From an uncultured Chthonomonadaceae bacterium (GTDB lineage: Bacteria > Armatimonadota > Chthonomonadetes > Chthonomonadales > Chthonomonadaceae): DNA of 64,000 nt. Both the position numbers and the translations under genes were made by a program. The stretch lies in NCBI GenBank assembly GCA_963835065.1, contig CAWIEK010000043.1, forward strand, positions 1-64,000, in the 5' to 3' direction. Under the pieces are notes generated by a model that was given only the letters and a program-made list of their open reading frames with translations, was not told the DNA's origin and did no database searches. This document shows positions 53,125 through 62,682 of the stretch, in pieces. Position 1 is the first letter of the stretch, and each line of letters opens with the position of its first letter.

Positions 53125-54054
53125 TTATCTCCCCCGTCTTGATTGCAGCAGCAGGTCGAACACGCGCTCCAGATCTTCTTCCGTGTAAAACTCAATCTCA
53201 ATGCGGCCTTTACCCTTGCCGTCCCGGCGCACGTACACTTTGGTTCCCAAGCGCTCCTGGAGTTCCCCGGCAAGCGCGGCCTCATGCGGGTCGGAACCGG
53301 AAAACGCCGCAACGCCATTGGAACCGGCAGAAGTGGAAGCCGGATTGGAAGTTGTGTCGGAACCGGAACCGGCAGCGGGGCGAACAGGCGTGAGCAGCAG
53401 TTCAATGACCTGCTCCGTAGCGCGTACCGATAATTGTTCCGTTGCCGCCCGATGCCAGGCGCGTTCCAGCAGGTCGGGATGGTCTCGAAGTTTGAGTAAC
53501 GCCTTGCCATGTCCCTCGGTAAGTTCGCTGCGCTCCAGGCTGTCCTGTACCACTTCCGGCAGGTCGAGCAGGCGAACGAGATTGGCAATGGACGAACGGC
53601 TCTTGCCGACCCGGTGGCTTACCGTTTCCTGCGTCAAGCCAAACTCATCCATCATGCGGCGATAGGCGCGGGCGGCTTCCATCGGGCCAATGTCTTCGCG
53701 CTGCACGTTCTCGACAACCGCCATTTCCAGCAGTTCTTTTTCGGAACACTCCTTGACAATTGCCGGAACCTGCAACAGTCCCGCTTCCTGCGCCGCCCGG
53801 AAACGCCGTTCGCCCGCCACGATCTGAAAACGCTCATGCCCTACTTCGCGCAGCAAAATAGGCTGCAAAATGCCGTGTTCCTTGATGGAAGTCACCAACT
53901 CCGACATTTTGATGGGGTCAAACAGGGTACGCGGCTGATAGGGGTTCGCCGTGACGTGCGCAAGGGGCACTTCCCGCACCCGCGCTTCGCCGTCCCCGCC
54001 CGCATTTTCCGAAATCAGCGCGGCCAAGCCGCGCCCTAATCCACGCTTACCCAT
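53125..54054 (-). CDS. parB: Chromosome partitioning protein ParB/Spo0J
   Basis: GLGRGL, NPYQPR, AGERRFRA, ENVQREDI, KSRSSIAN HTH. Confidence 0.97.
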   Translation of the reverse strand: MGKRGLGRGLAALISENAGGDGEARVREVPLAHVTANPYQPRTLFDPIKMSELVTSIKEHGILQPILLREVGHERFQIVAGERRFRAAQEAGLLQVPAIVKECSEKELLEMAVVENVQREDIGPMEAARAYRRMMDEFGLTQETVSHRVGKSRSSIANLVRLLDLPEVVQDSLERSELTEGHGKALLKLRDHPDLLERAWHRAATEQLSVRATEQVIELLLTPVRPAAGSGSDTTSNPASTSAGSNGVAAFSGSDPHEAALAGELQERLGTKVYVRRDGKGKGRIEIEFYTEEDLERVFDLLLQSRRGR

Positions 54055-54808
54055 TTTTCAGTACCTCCATTGCGATTTTTTGATACGCCAGAGCGCCCCG
54101 CGACTTGGGATCGTACAAGGCAACCGGAAGACCGTGACTTGGCGCTTCCGACAAACGCACGTTGCGCGGTATAATGGTGGGAGAAACCTTGTCGCGGAAA
54201 AACTGCTTCACATCCGCTTCCACCTGCTGCGCCAGCCGCGTCCGGTTGTCGTACATGGTCAAAATCACTTTCGCCACATACAGGGAAGGGTTTAGCTGCC
54301 GCTTGACAACATCAATCGTCTTGAGCAACTGGCTGATGCCTTCCAGCGCGTAGAATTCCGCCTGTATCGGCAGGATCACGCCATCGGACGCGACAAGCGC
54401 GTTTAGCGTCAACAGGCCAAGCGAGGGAGGCGCGTCAATCAGGATAATGTCGAAGTAAGCGCGGGCAGGTTCCAGCGCCTGCCGCAGAAACGTTTCGCGC
54501 GAGATTTTGCCCATGAGTTCCATATCGGCCCCGGCTAAATCCAATGTTGCCGGCAGCATCGTCAAATTTTCCACTTTGGTACGCACGACGGCTTCAATTA
54601 CGGGCAGGTTGTCGAGAAGCACGTCATACGTGGAGAGTTTCAGGGAATTGCGATCAATGCCCATGCCGCTTGTCGCATTGCCCTGCGGGTCTAAGTCTAT
54701 GAGCAGCACTTTCGACCCGGCCATTGCCATGTAGGTTGCCAGATTCACAGCGGTAGTTGTCTTTCCCACGCCGCCCTTCTGGTTGACAACCGAATACACG
54801 ATACCCAT
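54047..54808 (-). CDS. parA: Chromosome partitioning ATPase ParA/Soj
   Basis: NQKGGVGKTT, DLDPQGN, DAPPSLG, IPRNVRLSEAPS. Confidence 0.97.
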   Translation of the reverse strand: MGIVYSVVNQKGGVGKTTTAVNLATYMAMAGSKVLLIDLDPQGNATSGMGIDRNSLKLSTYDVLLDNLPVIEAVVRTKVENLTMLPATLDLAGADMELMGKISRETFLRQALEPARAYFDIILIDAPPSLGLLTLNALVASDGVILPIQAEFYALEGISQLLKTIDVVKRQLNPSLYVAKVILTMYDNRTRLAQQVEADVKQFFRDKVSPTIIPRNVRLSEAPSHGLPVALYDPKSRGALAYQKIAMEVLKNG

Positions 54809-54907
54809 AACCCTCTTCACCTTCCGGGCCGGCTGTGGCCTCTGTACAAATAAAACAATTATTTCCTTCCTTCATTCTGACACGAAACAGGAGCAACGCG
54901 ACACATC

Positions 54908-57784
54908 GTGAGTGGAAAGTTTACAGAAAATCAGCGGCAGGCCATCGAAACCAACGGCAGCGACATTTGCGTGGCGGCGGGAGCGGGGTCAGGCAAAACG
55001 GGCGTACTCGTGGAGCGCTTTGTCCGCCTGATAACCGACAGCAAACAACAACGCCTTCCCCCGGAGCAATGCGCCCGCGTGGATCAGATTCTGGTCATTA
55101 CCTTCACGGAAAAAGCCACCAAAGAGATGAAGACGCGGATTGTGCAAGCCTTGACGCGCCTAAATCTTGTGGAAGAGCGGCGACAGGTGGAAACCGCGTA
55201 CATCAGCACCATTCACGGCTTTTGTTCGCGGCTCTTACAGGAAAACCCTTTTGAAGCGGGCGTTGACCCGCAATTCCGTGTCCTTGATGAAACCCAATCC
55301 CGGCGCATGATGCGGCAGGCGTTTGAAGCCGTTGTTGCGGACGCTTACAATCACAACCACGAGGAAATCACCGAACTTGTCGCCGCCTTACAGGGTGAGC
55401 GCACTTATAACGATACCGGCAATGATTCGCTTGGTGTGCTTGCGGGTGCGACGGACACGCTGATTGGGCGGATGCGGGGCGCGGGAAAAAGCCTGCGCAC
55501 AGTGGAAAAACACTATCAGGACGGACTGGAACTCACATCAGCCCGCTCACTGGAACCCGTCTGGTCCCTGCTGACGCCCGCGCTCACGGAAATCAGCGTT
55601 GCGGTACAAACCCTTGCCGGCTTGCGCGACAATCTAATGGGAACAGCGCGGCTTGCCTGTGACGCTCTGATGGAACACGCCGAGTGTTTGGACCCCGCCG
55701 CCAACTCCCTGTTTGCCACGCTTGCCGGACTGGAGGCCGTTTACAAGACGGTCAGCCGGGGGATGCCGCGCCAGGTGTCAACGCCCGCCGATATGGAAAT
55801 TACGCGCCTGCTGCAGCGCGTCCGTATCCAATGCGAGGAAGCGCGCGACCTATTCGGCGCATTGGCGGACAACGAGGAGACTGCCGCGCTGCAAACGCAT
55901 CGGCTGTGGGGATTGGCTGTCGCTGTCTGGAAACAATACGAAAAAGCCAAGCAATTGCGCGGCAGTCTGGATACCGAAGACTTGCAGGAGGAGGGCGTTC
56001 GTCTGCTGACCAAATCCCCGATTGTGCGGGCGCGTTACCAGAAGCAATTTCGGCATCTCATGGTAGATGAATTTCAGGACACGAACCCCCTGCAAATGCG
56101 GCTCATCAACCTGCTGCGCGTCAAAGCGGGGGAGGGAACGCAAACGCCGCCAAACCATCTTTTTGTTGTCGGAGATGTGCAGCAAAGTATTTATGGCTTT
56201 CGCCATGCCGACGCCCGCTTATTCCGTGATCTGGAGCGGCAATTTCGGGAAGCGGGAGCGGGTGTTCACGTATCCCTTGCCGTTAATTTTCGGTCACGCC
56301 CTGAAATTCTGCAAGCCGTCGAAATGGTGTTCCGGCAAATCTGGCGCGATGAGCCGACGCCGTTTGTGCCCTTAACGCAGGGCGCGAACTTCGACGCCAA
56401 GCCGCATCCGGGCGTGGAAGTGCTGACCACGCAGGATTTAGGGCGGCGCGAGTACGTCAGTCTGGAAGCCGAAGCCCTGGCGGGGCGCATACAGCGCATG
56501 GTAGAAGGGGAGGAATTTCGCATTACGCGGCAGGACGATCCGCGCCGGGGCGAACCGGTCGCCTATCGGGACATTGCCATTTTACTGCGCGGCCTGACGG
56601 ACGTGCAAAAGTACGAGGAAGCATTGGCGCGGCGCGGCGTACCCTATTTTGTGGTCGGCGGCGGAAGGGGATATTACGCCCGGCACGAGATACGCGATTT
56701 GATTAACGTGCTGACCGTTCTGGACACGCCCTTAGAGGATGTCGCGCTGGCGGCAACCCTGCGCTCCCCGCTCGTGGGCGCGGACACGGACACGCTGTAC
56801 CAACTCAGTCTGACGGCACAGCAGGAAGCGGAGCAGGCGCAGGTGGAACACAACAAAGCGGGACAGAATAAACCTGCGCGGCGGGGTGAGCGTTCTGCGC
56901 CCCTGTATCCTGCCATTGCCGCCCTGCTGGAAGCAAGGACGCTGCCACCAGCCGAACACGAAAAACTGCAAGAGTTTGTCGAAGTGATGGACGAACTGCG
57001 GGCGCAGGAAGATCGTCTGCCTGTCGGCCATCTGCTGGAACGCCTGATTTCCCGCACCCACTACGACGCGCGCCTGCTGTGTCGTCCGGGCGGGCGCAGG
57101 CGGCTGGCAAATGTGCGCAAGCTGCTGCAAATCGCCAACGCCGACCCCTCCATAGACGTGCGCAGCTTTATACGGCAATTGCGCAGCATGGACAAGCTAT
57201 CCGAGCGCGAAGGCGATGCGCCGACCGAAGAGGAAGCGGCGGATGTAGTGCGTATACTGACAATTCATGGCGCTAAAGGGCTGGAGTTCCCTGTTGTTAT
57301 TCTTGCGGACATGGCGCGTGGCCTGCTGATGCCGGAGCGCAACTTATTTGCCTGCGACCCGCAGCATTTCGCGCTTGGCACAAAAATCAATGGTACGGCC
57401 AATGTCGTTTATAAAACCATTGACCGGCAGCGGCAGGAAGCCGACAAAAAAGAATCCGCCCGCCTGCTGTACGTCGCCATGACGCGGGCGCGCGAACATC
57501 TGGTCTTGTGCGGCAACATCGGGCGCAACCGCTCCTTCAACTGGGCCGACCAGGTCTTCCCGCTCATGGGCATTTTGGACACGCCCCCTGAACCCGATGT
57601 TCAGACGCTTGCCGGCGGCTTGAAAGCGCACGTTTGCGCGCTCGCCTACTACCGTCAACTGCCCAACACGCTCGCGCCCACGCCCACCCGCGCCGCCCAA
57701 CTGCGCCAAAACGCCCTCCGCGACCAAATCGCGCAAGCCATCGTCAACAATCAGCCGTTGAACTTCGTTCTTGAAAAGGAATAG
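54908..57784 (+). CDS. AddA-like UvrD/SF1 helicase without a C-terminal nuclease
   Basis: AGAGSGKT, TFTEKA, TIHGFC, DEFQDT, GDVQQSIYGFR, NFRS, TIHGAKGLEF, LYVAMTRA. Confidence 0.92.
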   Translation: MSGKFTENQRQAIETNGSDICVAAGAGSGKTGVLVERFVRLITDSKQQRLPPEQCARVDQILVITFTEKATKEMKTRIVQALTRLNLVEERRQVETAYISTIHGFCSRLLQENPFEAGVDPQFRVLDETQSRRMMRQAFEAVVADAYNHNHEEITELVAALQGERTYNDTGNDSLGVLAGATDTLIGRMRGAGKSLRTVEKHYQDGLELTSARSLEPVWSLLTPALTEISVAVQTLAGLRDNLMGTARLACDALMEHAECLDPAANSLFATLAGLEAVYKTVSRGMPRQVSTPADMEITRLLQRVRIQCEEARDLFGALADNEETAALQTHRLWGLAVAVWKQYEKAKQLRGSLDTEDLQEEGVRLLTKSPIVRARYQKQFRHLMVDEFQDTNPLQMRLINLLRVKAGEGTQTPPNHLFVVGDVQQSIYGFRHADARLFRDLERQFREAGAGVHVSLAVNFRSRPEILQAVEMVFRQIWRDEPTPFVPLTQGANFDAKPHPGVEVLTTQDLGRREYVSLEAEALAGRIQRMVEGEEFRITRQDDPRRGEPVAYRDIAILLRGLTDVQKYEEALARRGVPYFVVGGGRGYYARHEIRDLINVLTVLDTPLEDVALAATLRSPLVGADTDTLYQLSLTAQQEAEQAQVEHNKAGQNKPARRGERSAPLYPAIAALLEARTLPPAEHEKLQEFVEVMDELRAQEDRLPVGHLLERLISRTHYDARLLCRPGGRRRLANVRKLLQIANADPSIDVRSFIRQLRSMDKLSEREGDAPTEEEAADVVRILTIHGAKGLEFPVVILADMARGLLMPERNLFACDPQHFALGTKINGTANVVYKTIDRQRQEADKKESARLLYVAMTRAREHLVLCGNIGRNRSFNWADQVFPLMGILDTPPEPDVQTLAGGLKAHVCALAYYRQLPNTLAPTPTRAAQLRQNALRDQIAQAIVNNQPLNFVLEKE

Positions 57785-57788
57785 CGTC

Positions 57789-58337
57789 ATGCGAAAGCAA
57801 CTCGAAGGATTGGCAGGCTACATAGGCACAGATCAGATTGTCCGTATCAACAGACAAACCATTGACGAACACGAACTAGATGGCTTTGTCGTTGGGATCA
57901 GCGCGAAACTTCTGCTCTTGCAAGTTATAGACGGCAATACGCTTTATCTGAATGGATATTCGGCGTTGCGTATATCGGATGTGCGTTCTTACCGTGTAGA
58001 CCCAACATTCACGCCGCGCGCAATGCGCCTGATGGAGCGAAAACCAACAGTTCCCGAATATGTTGACCTTACCAGTTGGCAGACGCTATTGCGCAGCGTA
58101 CAGCCCAGGTATCCATTATTGCAGATCGAAACCGAGAAAAAGAAGTCGGGCGTCTGCTATATAGGGCGCGTGGCAAACCTTACAGCACAGCAAGTGGACT
58201 TGATTGAGGTCAATTCCGAGGGATATTGGGCGGAGACAGAAACCTTTGCCTTCAAGGACATAACACAGGTTGGGTTTAACAATGGCTACGTTGACGCTCT
58301 GGCGCGGCTCGTAGAACACGAAGCAGCAACAAAATAA
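57789..58337 (+). CDS. Hypothetical protein
   Basis: 182-aa ORF starting just after the helicase stop. Confidence 0.7.
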   Translation: MRKQLEGLAGYIGTDQIVRINRQTIDEHELDGFVVGISAKLLLLQVIDGNTLYLNGYSALRISDVRSYRVDPTFTPRAMRLMERKPTVPEYVDLTSWQTLLRSVQPRYPLLQIETEKKKSGVCYIGRVANLTAQQVDLIEVNSEGYWAETETFAFKDITQVGFNNGYVDALARLVEHEAATK

Positions 58338-58351
58338 TGACGCGGTACTCC

Positions 58352-58645
58352 TCATCCATTGGAAATACCATGCTTGGCGCGGAACTCGGCAAACACTTCA
58401 TCGGCAGGACGCCCTTCGCCCCGCTCCATTTGCTCCAGACCGCGTCTGATACCTTCCAGTGCGTCTGCCTGCCCCACACGCTCCAGCATAGCCTGATAGC
58501 TTTCGGCGTCCTGTACCACAAGCGTGGCTTTGCCGTTGACGGTCAGCACAACAGGCGCTTTCGTCTCCTGCATCTGCTTCACAAAGTCGTTGGTATTGCG
58601 CTTGAAGTCCGTGAGCGATTGGATGTCGCGGCTTATATTGATCAT
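58352..58645 (-). CDS. Phd/YefM-family antitoxin
   Basis: DIQSLTDFKRNT...PVVLTVNGKA.LVVQDAESYQ. Confidence 0.9.
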   Translation of the reverse strand: MINISRDIQSLTDFKRNTNDFVKQMQETKAPVVLTVNGKATLVVQDAESYQAMLERVGQADALEGIRRGLEQMERGEGRPADEVFAEFRAKHGISNG

Positions 58646-58761
58646 AGCATTGTCTCCCTGCGCACCCAATAAGATGTTGAAAAGATGTTATCAGATTGTA
58701 CTCTGAATATCAAAATTTCGCAAAATAGTAGAAAAATATCTGGTTAAACAGCAGAAATAAC

Positions 58762-58789
58762 GAACCTTTTCTGCCTCTTCCTCGTCTAA
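58762..58789 (+). promoter_or_regulatory. ECF/sigmaE-type promoter of ncRNA copy B
   Basis: GAACCT-N16-GTCTAA; hexamers identical to copy A while the spacer has diverged. Confidence 0.7.
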
Positions 58790-58795
58790 ATACAC

Positions 58796-59021
58796 ATGCA
58801 CGTCTACTAAATAGATGTGCTAACGAGCCAGGTGGCGGGCCGTTGGAAGTTCGGAGTTCTTCTCCACTCTCAACAATCTAACCTGGAAGGGAGGTGCTGG
58901 AAGATGCCTGTACACTCTCCCCGTTCGCCCTGACGCTGCGGAGGCCAAGATGCCTCATCTTAATACAACCTGACACAACGAGACATCGGGCTGGAAGCGC
59001 TGTATTGCCAAGATTTCGACG
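58796..59021 (+). ncRNA. Putative structured ncRNA, copy B (IS110 bridge-RNA-like?)
   Basis: Homologous to the reverse complement of 25385-25610; followed by a T-rich tract at 59037-59048. Confidence 0.65.
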
Positions 59022-59096
59022 CTGTCTCTACATACTCTTTTTCTTTTTCCGTTTCAAGGTTCCTGCCCTGAGCGCCCCTACACTTTCACGCTGGTT

Positions 59097-60824
59097 TCAG
59101 TAATCTCCACCACCGCCGCCACCGAAGTCACTGCCACCACTGCTGAAGTCTGCGCCGCCACCGCCGAAATCGGAACCGGAACTCCCGAAGTCAACGCTCC
59201 CACTGCTGCCGAAGTCTGCCGCGCCGCCCGCATCGGCATTGCCGCTGAAATCTATGCCGCCCACGCCCACGTCATTACTGCTGTTGTCATTGCCATTCGT
59301 GTTCGCGTCGAACGCGCTCATGTCGCCGCCGTTGAAACCGTTGTCGGCGACTACGGGCGGGCCGGATTGCGCGAAATCGGTTGTCGGGACGCCGGACGGG
59401 CCGACGAAAACGGGATACGGCATCGCATACGGCTGCGCCATCAATGCCCCGAACAGAAAGCCGTCCGCCATGCCGCCGCCATACCCGTAGCCCGGCACGA
59501 ACATCACATCGGAGCGGTAATAATCGCGATAGGGATCGTAGCCCCGGCTGGCGTACCAGGGAACGCTTTGCCCGTTCCCGCTCGACACGCTGCGCACTTT
59601 CGGGGTTGCGCCCTGCTGAATGATCTGTACGTCGTCCGCGCAGGCAAGGACTTTGCGCCGCTGTCCATTAATGGCAACCGTAATCGGCGTCAGGTCGGTG
59701 ATGCGGGCGGGGCGCGAACAGAAGAAGCAGGCCGCGCGCTCGTTTACGGGAATGTCTTGCGCGCGCAGGTTGGGGAGGATGGGCGCGGATTGGTCGGGTG
59801 GCGTGTTGTCGTGGATGGCCGGTGTCGCCCGCCACTCTGTGCCGTCTACCGCAACCGCCAGTCCCGTGCCGCCCGTCGCCGTGTCTATCGCGCTGTGGCA
59901 CGATTGCGTAAGCTGCTTTGCCTGTTCCAGCAGGGCTTCAATGCGCGCGTAATCTTCGGCGTTGCGAGCGGTTTGGGTCAGCGCGTTGGCCTGATCCAGC
60001 AATCCCGCCGCCTGCTGCCGCGCGCCCCTTGCCTGTTCCACCTCGGAAGTAGAGGGCAGTAAATCCAAATAGGTGTCCGCATACGCGATGCCGTTCACCA
60101 CTTCGCCATGCAGCCGCGCAAGGGGCTGCCGCGCCTGCCGCATAGCCTGCCCGCGATCCATCGCCCGCTTGCCTGCCCACAACCCCAGCCCGCCAATCCC
60201 CACAACCGGAACCAGCCACAAAAAGCCGGGAACGCCACCAGAATTTGCCGCAGTTCCATTGAAATCGCGTCCCGCAGGCATGTCGGCAGACGCGCCGTTA
60301 CTCGGCGCGACGGGAGAATTTGCAGCGGGAGAATTGGGATTGGAGGGAACGCCGTTAGGCTGCGTGGCGGCTGCCGCGTCCAAATCAGCAACCGTGTGCC
60401 GGATGCCGTTCACCAAATCGCCGCGCAGTTCAAAAGTGTGCTGCTGCAAAATCTGTGTAATCCGCGTTGCAGGAACCGCGTCCGTCGCCGCCGACACGCC
60501 GCCGTCTGTGCGGATAATCAGCGTCCCGCGTCCCAAACCGAGCCAATCGTGCAGGGCTTTGGCATACCCGTTGCGCGTGCCGAACTGCCGTCCACTGGCC
60601 GGCAACTCGCTGACAACCGCAATTTTAAGCGGGCGTGACGGCGCGGCATTTTGCGCCAACCGCTCCAGCGCGCCCTGATCTACCTGATCGCGCAGGGTTT
60701 TGCCGACAAACACATTGCTTTGCTGCAAGGCTTTCGCCAACGGGTCGTCGGCAGCGCCGTTATTCTGCGCCCGCGCCCACATCGGCAAAATCAGCAACAT
60801 TCCAACCATCCAGTGTCGTCGCAT
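59097..60824 (-). CDS. Secreted/membrane protein: TPM-like N-domain, TM, helical region, Cys motif, Gly-rich tail
   Basis: Signal peptide; TM FLWLVPVVGIGGLGLW; CFFC...LAC; (DFGGGG)n tail. Confidence 0.75.
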   Translation of the reverse strand: MRRHWMVGMLLILPMWARAQNNGAADDPLAKALQQSNVFVGKTLRDQVDQGALERLAQNAAPSRPLKIAVVSELPASGRQFGTRNGYAKALHDWLGLGRGTLIIRTDGGVSAATDAVPATRITQILQQHTFELRGDLVNGIRHTVADLDAAAATQPNGVPSNPNSPAANSPVAPSNGASADMPAGRDFNGTAANSGGVPGFLWLVPVVGIGGLGLWAGKRAMDRGQAMRQARQPLARLHGEVVNGIAYADTYLDLLPSTSEVEQARGARQQAAGLLDQANALTQTARNAEDYARIEALLEQAKQLTQSCHSAIDTATGGTGLAVAVDGTEWRATPAIHDNTPPDQSAPILPNLRAQDIPVNERAACFFCSRPARITDLTPITVAINGQRRKVLACADDVQIIQQGATPKVRSVSSGNGQSVPWYASRGYDPYRDYYRSDVMFVPGYGYGGGMADGFLFGALMAQPYAMPYPVFVGPSGVPTTDFAQSGPPVVADNGFNGGDMSAFDANTNGNDNSSNDVGVGGIDFSGNADAGGAADFGSSGSVDFGSSGSDFGGGGADFSSGGSDFGGGGGGDY

Positions 60825-61056
60825 AGCAGTCTCCTTTACCGTTCCTCATGCCAAACCGCTGGCAGTGTTAAGAGCGCTAAAATCAAGCGCGGCCAAAACA
60901 AGAAATTCGACCTGCGCCACTTCCAACGCCTGTAGGAAAGAAGTTTCGTCACAGCGTCGCTATCTAAAGAACGGCGAAACACGTCCTTCGCTACCATACG
61001 CATTGTGACTGCATACCGGCAGCAAGCAAGCCTGCAAGCGGGCGGGGAAATAACCC

Positions 61057-61084
61057 TGAAGAAACTCACAAAAGATGCCGATAA
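61057..61084 (+). promoter_or_regulatory. sigma28-type promoter of the diguanylate cyclase
   Basis: TGAA-N16-GCCGATAA (perfect -10). Confidence 0.55.
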
Positions 61085-61176
61085 TTAAAAGACCACCGTT
61101 GTAACACCTACCGTTTTGTGCATCAGCGCGACCATACAAACAGAAGATAATGTGGCGTTGCGCGGGAATAACAAAC

Positions 61177-62502
61177 ATGAACATTCTCGCCACCCTGTTT
61201 ACGGGCCGCAAGTCTTTGCGCCGACTGCCCGATTCCGAATACCCTTCTTTTGCCCGGCCTCCTTCCCGATTTGGCTTGCTGGCGGCGCTTGTCGGCCTGT
61301 CCATCCTGCTGTTTGCCCCGATGCTGGCCCGTTACCACGCGGCGCGATACCGCGCTCACATTGAAGACGATATCGAGCCGGCACGCGAACAGATCAATGG
61401 GATGCTGGCAGGCGCGTATAAGGCGCGCGGCGATGTTCTCCTGGCGCTTGCCACGCGGCCAAAACACGCTTCCCGGCACAATCCAGCCTCGTACGCTTCG
61501 AAAACCGGCATTGCAGGACGCGGCAACAATGCGCTGCAAGATGACCGCGCCATTCTTGCCTGCAGCAGCCGAACCTACGCGCATTGGCAGCAAGGCAAAA
61601 GCCTGCTCTTTGCCGCCGCGCAGGTGTACAAACATTCCGCGAAAACGTCGCCGCAACTCAAAGCCGAAGGATTAAATGAGGCAAACGGACTGTTTCAGCA
61701 GGGAATTATCGCCCTGCGGAACGCGCAGACCAGCGCATTGCGAGAGCAGATCGGAGCGCGCGAACGCTTGAAAACGATTGGACAAATCGAGATCGCCGTA
61801 ACCGTGCCCGTCGCGCTGACATGCCTGCTTCTGGCGGCAAGCACCTGGCAGGCGCAGGCGCGTTTACGCCGCTTCTGGCTGCGGGAATATAAAACCAATC
61901 GTCGCCTGAAAGAGGCCAATGCGCGATTGGAAGCGCTTGCCACCATAGACGGCCTGACCGGGCTGAAAAACCATCGGGCGTTTCAGGAATGGCTGGCAGA
62001 CGCCTTCGAGATTGCCACCTACCGTAACAATCCCATTTCGCTGCTGCTGCTGGATGTAGACCGCTTCAAACAGGTCAACGATACGCATGGGCATCCGGCG
62101 GGCGATGAAATCTTGAAGCAGGTCGCCGGGATTTTGCAGCAAACCTGCCGCGCCACCGACTGCGCGGCGCGCTATGGCGGCGAGGAGTTTGTCATCGTCC
62201 TGCCGGATACGGATCGTGTGGGAGCCTTACGCCTGGCTGAACGGTTCCGCCTCAAAATCGCGTCCGCGCCCTGGGCGCTTTCGCCGATCACCGCCAGCTT
62301 CGGCGTGGCGACATGGAGCGGGCAGGCAACCAATCAGGCGCAATTGATTGCCGACGCGGACGCCGCCTTGTACGCCTCCAAGCATAACGGGCGCAATCGC
62401 GTCACCCATGCCGTCGAACTGTTGCCGCAAATAGATCAAAGCTATGCAATTACCCACTGGCAGCCGGACGCGTCCCTCGATATACCCGCCTACAAATCCT
62501 GA
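61177..62502 (+). CDS. Membrane-bound diguanylate cyclase (GGEEF)
   Basis: Two TMs; DGLTGL, DVDRFKQVND, RATD I-site, RYGGEEF; terminator at 62537-62571. Confidence 0.93.
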   Translation: MNILATLFTGRKSLRRLPDSEYPSFARPPSRFGLLAALVGLSILLFAPMLARYHAARYRAHIEDDIEPAREQINGMLAGAYKARGDVLLALATRPKHASRHNPASYASKTGIAGRGNNALQDDRAILACSSRTYAHWQQGKSLLFAAAQVYKHSAKTSPQLKAEGLNEANGLFQQGIIALRNAQTSALREQIGARERLKTIGQIEIAVTVPVALTCLLLAASTWQAQARLRRFWLREYKTNRRLKEANARLEALATIDGLTGLKNHRAFQEWLADAFEIATYRNNPISLLLLDVDRFKQVNDTHGHPAGDEILKQVAGILQQTCRATDCAARYGGEEFVIVLPDTDRVGALRLAERFRLKIASAPWALSPITASFGVATWSGQATNQAQLIADADAALYASKHNGRNRVTHAVELLPQIDQSYAITHWQPDASLDIPAYKS

Positions 62503-62682
62503 CGGACAGGAACGTTCCCTCCCATATTTCCAAAGCAACGCGCCCGGAAACATAAGTTTCCGGGCGCGATTGTTCTTCATGCCGGTGTTCAGGTATTCGG
62601 TAAGCGGTATTGGGCTTCTGTCTTCTGTCTTCTGTCTTCTGCCCTCTTCCCTAATGCCTGATGCCTAATGCCTGCTTCTCCC

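Noticed and set aside
51800..54900. parS sites near parAB
   Set aside because: No TGTTTCACGTGAAACA-like palindrome found; only a half-match at ~51809.
59100..59240. GGC/GGT repeats as a DNA repeat element
   Set aside because: They encode the Gly-rich C-terminus of the 59097-60824 protein.
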